DNA of 64,000 nt from Epiperipatus broadwayi (lineage: Eukaryota; Animalia; Onychophora), in assembly GCA_028023455.1 (NCBI GenBank), contig JAQFVV010000005.1:7750001-7814000 (forward strand), written 5' to 3'. Below are positions 36,326-47,180 of the stretch, in pieces (position 1 is the stretch's first letter; the number at the start of each line of letters is the position of its first letter). A model generated the notes under the pieces. It did not search any database, had not been told where the DNA came from, and saw only the letters and a program-made list of their open reading frames with translations. The translations under genes were made by a program, and so were the position numbers.

Positions 36326-39300
36326 CAAGTTCAGATATTTGTTTTCTCTTGACTTAAAATGAAGTCACAGAGGTAATTTGGAATCCCTTCTCTTTTTACA
36401 CATCAAGGTGGCTTTATCACAACTTCACTTGTTAAATTGTCCTTTGGTACATGTAGTTGATCTTCATCATGGTGGGCAAACTTTGTTTCCGGTTTAGTAT
36501 CTACATTTAGTACTATCTCATTGGTAACTGTTCTCTAAAATAATTTGAGAACTACAACCATGCTTTCATCTTTATGCAATTGATTGATATATCTGTATAT
36601 TTTTCTGTCATTCATATGAACAATCATCACTTGTTTTGATAGGTGATGTATAACTACACTTTGTGGCCATAATTTATTTAGGTTATTTTTAACCTACTCT
36701 TTCCTCAAGTGTAAACATATAAATGTTTTTGGTTGGTTCCTTATGATCCTCTGTCAGTACAATGTTTGATCATTTAGTCCACAGCTTTTGACCTAGATAT
36801 ATTTCAGCAGGTGATTTGCCAGATTTAGCAGCCGGAGTTGAAAGCTGATAATGCAGTAAGGTTTTGCATGGCTTTTTCAGCCAATCTGTTAGATTGAGGG
36901 TGGTAAGGGAGAGTGATTAAATGTTTTATTTCCCATTCTTGCATAACCTCAAATTTCTCTGAAGCAAAGCCAGTTCCATTATCTGAAATGAAAGTTTCAG
37001 AGAGATTCATGGTATGAAAAAAATTCATATAATTTATCAAGGGTGTCATCTGAACTAGTATTTTTAACTACCACCCTGAATATGCATCAACAACTATTAA
37101 GAATAAATGTCCATCAATTGGGTCACAATGATTGATGTAGATGCCATGCCACAGCCTCTCAGCTTTTGGCCATGCTTCAAACTTTGACAGAGACACTTTA
37201 GCATATGATTGACAATTACCACATTTTTTCATATATTTTTTTTTAATATCAATGTTAATGTTTAGTCACCAGACATACCTACAAACTACAGCATTTGTTC
37301 TAACAATAATATTCATGCAATAACTTAAGAATTTGATATCCCTCTTTAACTGGGCTTAGCACATGATCATCCTTCAAAATGCAGCTTTTGCAGATGAACA
37401 ACTGTTCATGAGTATTCCATTGTTTTTATGCAGAAAAAAATGGATGTTGCTTAGACCAACCTGTACTATTTTGATTTATAATCCATTGGTAACTGTCATC
37501 TTCCTTTGTACATGCAGTTACTATTTTACTATTGTGGGTATGACTCTTTAGCATATCAATGTAGTTAATTCTCTTTTATTGGTATCTGACTGATCAGGCA
37601 TATGAAGTAGAATGTCAGCATGCCCTATTTGTTTTCCCTTCTTATATTCTAGAATATAGTCATATCCTGCCAGAATGTTGAACCATCTTATCATGCAGGG
37701 GCTAAGGTGTTTGGGAACTTGTTTATTGCCTAAAATACCAAGCAAGTGTTTGTGAATAGTTATTATAATAAATCTATGTCAACATAAGTATTAATAAAAT
37801 TTTCTGATGCCAAATAGTATCACAAGAGTTCTTTGTCCAACTGGCTGACTATATATTTTTTCTGATTTGGGCAAAGAATAGGCAATGGGTTGTTCATCTG
37901 ACTGTGCAGAGTGATATAGCACTGACTCCAGATTCAGATGTGTCAGTAGTAAGAATAACTTCCAAATCACATATTATATTAGTAATTTATGTGAAGTTAC
38001 CAGCAACTTTGTACACAAAAATGCTTTTCCTTGATCAGCTTCCCATTTCTATTTCTAGTTCTTTTTAAGAACATATAAGGCTCTGGCAACATGAGTTTTC
38101 CCTTCCAAAAAATTTTTAAAATACTTTACAAGATGTTATTAGGTCTCTAGGCTTCTGCTACAGCTTTTGCCTTTCTGGATCAGATGTGCCATTTTTGGAA
38201 ATATGGCCTAAAAACTTCTTTCACTAGCCTTCTAAATACACTTTGGGGTATTAAGCTCTGCACTGAATTCATCAAGTTTTTTGCAAACTTTATATAGATG
38301 AATTGTAAGTTTGTTTTCTGTAGTAATGGTAACAAGAATGTTGTCAAAAAGTGGAATGACACCATCAACTCCATTAAGGAGGGTTTCAATTTTTGGCTGA
38401 AAGATATTAGGGGCAGAAGTTATTTCAAACAGAAGCCTGTTGCATTTAAATAATTATGAGCATGGTTAATGTTAATATTTCATAGTGACTTTTCTCAGTA
38501 ATTAATATCTGATGGAAAGCAGCAGTTAAACCTAATTTTGTGAAAAAAAAAAAGATTTCTGCAGAGATGAGATGCTATTACTTCTCTAGTATTTGGAATA
38601 GAGTACATATTTTTGCTAATAGCTTTGTTTATTGATACCCAATAGTTACTGCATAAACAAATTTGATTATTGGGTTTAGTAATAATACTAGTGGCATAGC
38701 CCAATCTGATTTTTCTGTGTGTTTTAACATGCCTCTCTTAACTAATTCATTAATTTATTCTCAACTCTTTCCTTCTGAGTGAATGGAACCTATGTGATTT
38801 GAAAATTATGGGTATCATCTCAGAAATTACCTTTAATAAAATAGGGGTCATTTTAATTGTACCAGATTCACCAGTAAACAATCTAGGAAATTTATCTCAT
38901 TTCTTTTTCAATTTCAATCATTTTAACAAATGTAAATTCTATCATTCTCTCTAATTCTACTCACAAGAGCTTTAACCACACTTTAATTTTGATAGCATTT
39001 CCATTCATATCCAATGCTTTTAGGTTGTTTTCCTTATTACTGGAGTTTTAGTACAATTTGAGACTACAGAAAACCATTCCTGGATTGAGATTAGAAATAC
39101 CGCTATCGACTTCCATTGAAATGGGCTGGTCATACAATTTTAATTTTAGCATTATTTTATCACCTTCAGTAGTTGATGTATTTTGTATATTGTCTATTGA
39201 AAATATCTTTATAGCTATTTCTTTCTTTGCCAGGTTCATTATTTTTATTTTTACACATTGTTTAAATGTAACCTTTTTTATATATAAATTTTGCAATATT

Positions 39301-40030
39301 TATCCTTATGGAAACAGTTGCTGACTTTGTGGCAATTTATCCTGCAACAGCAACAAATAAATAGATTTTTACTGTTAGAAATATAGTCTTTGATGTTAGT
39401 AGATTCCTTTTTAATTTGTTTATGCATTTTGTGTCAGTTTATGCATTACCATTTTCTTAAACTCGGTGAACTTACAAGATTACACTTGAGAACTAATTCA
39501 TAAGCTATTGCATATTTTATAGCTTTATTATAATTTAAGTCACTATTGGCCAATAATTGACTAATTATGCCTCCTCAGCAATTGCTGTAGGAGGGCCTTA
39601 TCAAGGAAAGATCCACAGACACATTTTTTTTGCAAGTTTACAAAGAGCAAATCATAATCTTTTATTCTTTCATCCCTATCCTGATAATGGTCATGGAAAT
39701 GAAGTCTGGTGACATGCCTAGAGGAATTTGGAATTAAAAATAATTTAATAACCAATCTTTAATTTGATATGAAAAATCTTCAGGCATCCAAAGTTCTGAG
39801 AGCCTATTTGCTATATCTATAACTTCTTTACCAGTAAAACATAATAATGTTGCTATTTTAATCTTATCCACTTCATTTCTGTTAATGAAGAGATATTTTT
39901 TGACATGTTGGATGTACAGAGGCCAACTACTTTCCTTACTGACATCAAACTTTCCATTTGATGATTGCATTTTAGCCAATCATTCTATACACATAAATCT
40001 AACCATTAAAACACTAATTGATTCAAGGTT

Positions 40031-40048
40031 CAAATCGGGGCTGCACCA
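40031..40048 (-). promoter_or_regulatory. Primer binding site
   Basis: Minus strand reads LTR...CA-AT-TGGTGCAGCCCCGATTT, i.e. TGG 2 nt after the LTR end. Primer tRNA not assigned. Confidence 0.65.
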
Positions 40049-40050
40049 AT

Positions 40051-40824
40051 TGCTATGTTGGGGAGTGTAACTCTTGCTTTTCAGACAGCATGAGATCTAA
40101 GTTTATCCCCTTGTAAAAACCACAACTAATACAGTTAAAATTTAATACTTAATATATCTATATAAGAGGTTTACATTATTAACAGATATACAATTTAACA
40201 ATATATATATATACATGTTAATTCTAAACCCATAGGTATACAGAAATAATAATTAAGATCTATATGCTTTGGCATGTTTGGAGACATTATCAGTCAACGC
40301 TGAATCTTAAGATAGATATAGTGACATCAATCTCAAGGTTAAATGTCCATCTGCACACCAGAAGCTTCCATCAGAAAGTGTTCATTTCTTTTTTCTTAAT
40401 TGACTTTTATCAATTGATTGTCCAATTATTCTTCTGATTGGCTCTTCTTTCAGATCCCAGCCATAAGGTCATTATTTTATTTATTCAAGACACATCCTGA
40501 ACAGGAGAATTTTACTTCTATTGTTTTATTAAAAAATTATTTTTGGATTTTTAGACTTGTTATCAATGAATGGATCAGGTATCATTTAATTGTTAATGGT
40601 ATATATTTTTACTGAAAGACTTTCATTACTTATCTATAGAGATTTTAACTAATTGCTCTTTTCATCTACTTGGAAATTAATCTTTTCAGATCACATAATA
40701 CTTTAATTTATTTAAGTTTACTATTCTTATAGAAGCTAATTTTTTTAATTACTGTGTATTTTACATACACATATATACACCGTCCTATTACAATTAACCA
40801 TTTTTATGTGTATGTATTTAAACA
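40051..40824 (-). repeat. 5' LTR
   Basis: Plus strand tgctatg...tttaaaca (TG...CA); partner of 35552-36325. Confidence 0.85.
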
Positions 40825-41546
40825 TATACACCCATACATAACAGTAATGAAAATGAATTAATTTTTATATTACCTGTGAATAATTATCTTATTTAAAATA
40901 TACCTTTAAAGAATTTATTTTCGACTGTCGTTTTCTTTCATTCTATTTATCATTAAATTAATCAAATCAGGTTTACCATTACAAATCTATTATTAGTACC
41001 CTACAACATGATTACTGACTTTTCAAATGCCATTCACTAAGATTACAATCTTTTCTAATCATAATTGTTAACAAATTAGAAAACAAAATCAATTACAGTT
41101 CTGCCATTAATTTTATTTTATAGTAGGTTTTACTTTTTCTATATATAAAATCTTATTATTTTTTATAAATACTTCTATAGATTTTAATAACATTTTATAG
41201 GTACTATTTATTGAATACTGTAGATTTAGTTTTCCTATTTGTTATCTATTGTATTTAGAAAAGATTGTAATCTTAATGAAAGTCACTTCATAAAATAAGT
41301 AATTATGTTACAAGATGTCTAAATCAGAATTATCTTTATTTTGTAAAGATAAATCTGATTTAACACTCACAGAAGATAACCATTTACAGGAAGTCATTAA
41401 TACAAAATTAAGCAATTTTGAATTATTTTTTTTGCTTAAATTAACAAAGGCCATTTTTAAAAAAAATATTTTTCTATGTCATGCATTGTTGAAAAACACA
41501 ATTTGCATGACTATATACTTCTTTGGTTCTTTGATATTATATGACA

Positions 41547-41674
41547 TATTACTCTAAGTTTGCAATATGTTTAAAAGAATACCTACAAGGAATGTGTGGA
41601 CAAACAATCGATAAATTTTGTCCATAGATTTTGTGGAGACATTATTTTAAACATATTGCAAACTTAGAATAATA
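41547..41674. repeat. Fold-back / MITE-like inverted repeat
   Basis: Perfect 24-bp arms tctaagtttgcaatatgtttaaaa (41553-41576 / 41645-41668), extendable to 30 bp with one mismatch; inner tggacaaa/tttgtcca. Confidence 0.75.
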
Positions 41675-44600
41675 CCTAACCAGGAGTAGTACGTCACAGC
41701 ATGTGCAATATGAAAGTTCCAAATCTAAAAAAAATAATGGAGTTATATATTCATTATGGAAAAAGGAAAGAATGATATTATGATATTAAATAAAACAGGT
41801 ACTTGTGAATTGTACCTATTTAGTAAGATACTATGTGTTCTAAAAGCCATCTCTCCCCCTCCCAACATACTACAATGCTTTGCGCTATCATAATTCATGT
41901 GTAATAGCAAACTTCAAATTAAAAAAAAAAAAAGTACTTTCCAATGATGGAGAGGTATATTCATAATGGAAAAAGGGAGAAATATAATAGATATTTTTTA
42001 AATGGTGAGTTGTAATAAAGTTTAGATATCCATTATTTTTTTAACATTAAAAAAACACAAAATGGTGAATGGTAATATAAAGTTAATTATCTAAAAATGG
42101 TGAACTGTACGTTTAACTTTATATTTTAATTATCGTTTTAAACAAATACCCAAAAATATAATCACTTTTAACTGTAAATGTATATAAAGTTTAGCAGAAC
42201 AAAAACACAAATATAACAACTTTGCTGCTGTATTTTGAAATAATAAAAAAATTACAAATAATGTGATAACATTTGCTGCAAGTTTAATGTTATATTTTAA
42301 ATATTTTTTTTAAAAAAAAAGTTCTAGCAAAAAACACACACAAATATATAGAATAAATAAAATAAATATATCTTATTTACAAATATATAGAGTAAATGTA
42401 TTTTTAAATAAAAAGCAATATTACTTACAAATGATGAGAGAAATGTATTATATTGTGGGTGGGAGGTATCACTATGGCAAAATGATTCATTTAATATCTT
42501 CTAAAAATCAAAAGGGTCAGTTTATTTAACATGAATTAGTCATGTCAGGATTCTTGGCTGCCATGATATCATAAATGGGAAATTTGAATAAATATTACTG
42601 GATGAAAATGTCACCAGAGTAATATGTCATAGCAGGAATAATACCAAAGTACCACTACTGGTATCTTTAAATATATAATGTTTTCGTTATAATACAATTC
42701 AATTTTTGAGAAAGTATTAGAGATTAATTAAGCTATTATATTATATAATAAATATATGCCTTTATATGATATATATATATTTTATTGTCAAAAGAAAACA
42801 TTTAACATTAGCATTTCTAATAAACTTTAAACTTATATATACATTTTGGAAAAAGACAGATGCTAGCAGATAATATAAACAAATTTCATATTTTTATTGT
42901 GTACAATTAATTTTTATTAATAATATTGAAAATTATAGATAATCTAAAGAACATTATTAGAAAATTTAATGATAATGTAATCATTTACGTATGGATTTGT
43001 GTTTATACTGTAATTGCAAAAATTAAATTGGAGGGGAAATAAATAAAATCAGTAAAATGCCCAAGGTGTTTGATGCCAAATTGTAACTATCAAAAAGAAG
43101 AGCAGGCATAAGAGAAAACTAAATAACTACTCATAAAATTAATAAATTAATGATATCTCAGGATTTGTAAATAATTATTAATTATGAATAAGTTTTAAAA
43201 TTAATATAACTAGATAACAAATGGTATTCAATTGTATCCAATTATATTCTACCATAAACCATGTTTCATTTTTCAAGATACAAATGTAAATATTATAAAC
43301 TGAGATAAATAATGTAATCATATATTAAGATGTGTATGTGTACTTCATATATAATAAATCATAACAATTTATTAACTACACTTTCTTTTATTATTTCTAA
43401 AGACTAAATACTATTGGTAAGAATATTAAATTATAATCTATTGATAATTATATTATAAATCTAAAACATGTTGTATAAAAATATCATGTGACCATAGACT
43501 ATCAATTACAGGAAGATGCAAAAAACATGAGTCAAAGTAATTTAATAAATATAAATAATATGTTTTATTTACAAAAAAAAAATAAACAAAATATTTTCTC
43601 AGACTTTTGAAAAAATAAAAATTTAATATTCAAATTCAAGTACATTTAATATGATATATGATAGTTTCTACATGTTGTTAATACAATCCATGCATTAAAA
43701 AATGGTTTAAAATAGCATCAAAATATGCTTTTAAATATAATGAAGTGATATTTATATATGCTTCATGTATACAAGTTGAAAAATTCAAAGGACTTTAAAT
43801 TAAAAGTTTTTAACAATTTGTAATAAATAGAAATTATGAATATATAAGTATGTGGACAGATAAATGTATATGGCATTATTAATTCTAAGTTTATATCAAA
43901 AGTAATTTAAAACAAAATATTTCTTTTATTAACATTTGTAAAGATATTTTATAGTTAGATGGGTGGAAATGACATTATTGTATAAAATGTAATTAAATTC
44001 TAGATAAACAGATCAACTAATTAAGGAGATAAATATTAGATGTAATTTAGTTAAGGAATTTTCAGTTATTTTGGTATAATCCTTTTCAAAGTTAAAATTT
44101 TATAAATGATGTAATTGGACAAATAACCCACAGATGGTAATGAAGTCTAGGAATTATCTATAGCCAATAAATAAATGATCCTGAATAGAAACTGATTTTT
44201 CTGATGAGGAACTTGGTAAATTATAAATAGGGTCTCTCTGAAGATCATTTATTATTGCTGAGTCTGCATTGTTTTATGCTGGTATTGCTTTGATTTATTA
44301 GTCTGCATTGTATTAAAATATTATGAAAGAGTAGAGAAGCCACCATCTGCTTCACTCTGGCCAAGCTGGTCAGATGCAAGCTGTGAGTTCATTAAGAGTT
44401 TCTGGGAATAACCATCAAATAATGTGGAACCATCTTAAGGAATATTGTGTCCACTTTATGTGAACTTTATGCCACCTAAACTTCAAAAGTTTCTATTGCT
44501 TCTGTATCTTGTAAATTATGAAGCAACTTATAAAAGTCAAAGAATGCTATTTCTTGAATTTCTTTGGTTTTAGACATCATCATATTTACTTCAGAAGACA

Positions 44601-44964
44601 TATCTAGTTTTGATATTTCAGAGCACGTTTTAAAATTGAGATTGGTGAAACATTACTAAAATATAGATGTCAATATTAGCAGTTATATTTTTGCCAGAAA
44701 TATTATTTAATAAATTCTTTTGTTAATTAAAAAATATTTTTTCCTTACACTACCAATACAGTTAAGGATTGGCCTTGATATTTTGTAATTGATTAAGAAT
44801 GAAATTTTGTAATAAACAAGATATTGGATTGGAGTTTAGGATTCCAGAAATTTATCAAAATAGTATGATATTTGAATAATTTTATAAAACCGACTCACTG
44901 TTAAATACATAATCATGCTATGACAAATATAATAATGTTCTTTTATATTTATTACAAAAAATCC

Positions 44965-45315
44965 CAAGGCAGATGTCACATGACCTAATTTAAACAAGCT
45001 TGTATTACAAATGTTATATATAGAGCTCGCAAATAAGTTCTTAACAAGCTTTGCAGAATATCCCTAACCCCAGACTGGTTTCTGCTACTGGCCTCCTCAG
45101 TGAGGTACTAGGATATTCAAGCATTAGATTAAAAATACCAGGACAAGCCCAGCACTTTATCTAATGGATAACTATTAAGTAGAACTGAATTTTCAGACAT
45201 CCATACATCCAGCTATATAATTTAAATAGCCATATGGGAACTAGCTTTAGCAGAAATCTATCTGGGGTTAGGAATATTCTATAAGGCTTGTTAAGAGCTT
45301 ATTTGCAAGCTTTTT
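44965..45315. mobile_element. Family-B hammerhead element, head-to-head fold-back
   Basis: Minus unit 44965-45240, then plus piece agcagaaatctatctggggttaggaatattct...aagagcttatttgc (3' half of the ribozyme and tail). Confidence 0.85.
45067..45106 (-). ncRNA. Family-B minimal type I hammerhead ribozyme, core intact
   Basis: ACCUCA CUGAGGA G-GC-CAGUA-GC-A GAAAC CA GUC UGGGGU; 6-bp stem I. Confidence 0.8.
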
Positions 45316-47049
45316 ATATTTGTTTATACTAAAAGTACATTATAATTTAATATAAGTTGTTTTGGATAAATATGAAGATAAAATAATTCATTCATTTAAT
45401 ATATCTGTTTGCAAAGCTTTTTTTGGATTTACCCTTTAATTGTAAATTGAAAGTTTGCTAAAATAGAAAAAAACAGTAAGTTTATTGTAATTAAATTTAT
45501 GAATTTGTAGTTATTTGCTAAATGTTCTTTTTCTTTAGTTTGTTTATAAATGTGTATACAAATTAATTTATTTATTGTAATAGATTAAAGATTATAATTT
45601 GAAATTCTGTTTGGATGATAGAAGTTTGTAATACATATTTGAATTAATAGTGTTTTACTTGCATTACAAATTAGTCATTAAAATCATTATTATGCATGAA
45701 TTCAAATATTACTTTACCATAATTTAAATTCCAATAAAAATGTACTTGCTTTCATGAGTTTATTTAATGATATTTTGTTTTATAGGTCTATGTAAAAAAC
45801 TCTCAGTAAATTTGTAGACCCAAATTATTGCTAGATGTTTTTGCTTAGATACTAACTAGTTAGAATTAATATATTAGTTTTATTGAATCTGTATGCAGAG
45901 ACTAAAACATGATGGTATGGTCTTTTCACACACATTTATGAGTGTGTATATATACAAAATTGTTAAAACCATTCAGTTATAAATAATGTATCTAAGTCAT
46001 ATATCAAATCATATTTAAATGTTTGTAACAAAGTTGATTAAGCAGCTGCCCTTTAGGCATATATAAAGTATATAAAAGTATGTAAATTATAAAATAAATG
46101 ATTTGTAATAAACACTTCATAATTAATAACAAAAGACATTTATTTAATAGCACAATTAAAATTGCAAACATGACATAATTAATTTCCTATTATATTGTTA
46201 AATGTTTTTTACATCTATTAGTTACAAACTATGCTAAATAAATAGCATAAAAATCCACCCGCTGTCAGATTCTTGTCTCAGTGCAAATTCTAAAAATTCT
46301 CATTAAAGATGCTTTACTGGATGAAAATAAATTTCAATGTCTGTTTCTATCAACATTAAAAAAATTTATAAAGACCATGAACTATTGAATTTTAACATGA
46401 ACCCAAAGTAGATTGAAATATCAGAAAGAATAAACAATCATTAAGATCAAGCATTAATTTACAATTAAGTTATACTAGATTCTTAGGAAATTCATAAACA
46501 GCCAGTGCCTTAAAATGTGTATAATTGACTGCTACATGGTTGAAAAAATTTGATAATACATCAAGGATTGTTTTCTTTTTTTAACATATTTCATTTAATT
46601 TCAATATTAATAAATAGCTACTGCCTACATTTTATTAAATATATATTGCCCTTTTGTTTTTACAAATAAAGTTGTGATTTAATATAACAAAATGAAATAT
46701 TATATATATTTTAATGACAAATTGAGTGACAAGTGAACATCCTATCTATTACACTTCTTCCAACAGTAATGCTAATGCTTTGATAGTAAATATGTATCAG
46801 GTCAATTCTAAACAAACTTATTGTGGTTTATACTATTAATCCAAATAATACATTAAAAAACAGGAGATTGGAAGGGAAGTATTAAATTTAACAATTTTAG
46901 ATCAAAAGAAATTTATATCAAAACTATGATAGCGATTAATGCATCTACATGACTTACCAAAACAGGGATTGAAATCTGGATCAGAAAAAAGAATTTGTAT
47001 AACATATTAATGATATAAAGAGCCTGAGCATTAACATGTACTTCTAAAA

Positions 47050-47180
47050 TATCACATAATCACCATTTCTTATGCTTGCTCATAAATGTTGCTAAAACAG
47101 GCAAAACTCTCCATACAGTAGTGCCACTCAGTGCATCCATTGATTACTCTGGCTTGCACTGAGTGGCACTACTGTATGGA
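47050..47180. mobile_element. Family-A 3'-end fold-back, no ribozyme
   Basis: Perfect 26-bp arms 47110-47135 / 47155-47180, 19-nt loop, preceded by the family-A terminus atcacataatcacc...aaaacaggcaaaactctcc. Confidence 0.85.

Larger units (their letters stand above)
35552..40824 (-). mobile_element. Decayed Ty3/gypsy LTR retrotransposon (Mag / K02A2.6-like)
   Basis: Minus-strand order gag (GKFDVSKESSWPLYIQ, 39979-39734), protease (PISMEVDSG, 39296-39048), RT (YATSII..P...ICLC..Y), RNase H end (RWFNILAGYDYILEYKKGKQIGHAD), integrase (FISDNGTGFAS...PYHPQSNRLAE), between two LTRs. All frames broken. Confidence 0.9.

Noticed and set aside
44480-44660. Minus-strand open frame (DMSSEVNMMMSKTKEIQEIAFFDFYKLLHNLQ)
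   Set aside because: Splice sites are weak and no homology recognised; cannot be supported as an exon.
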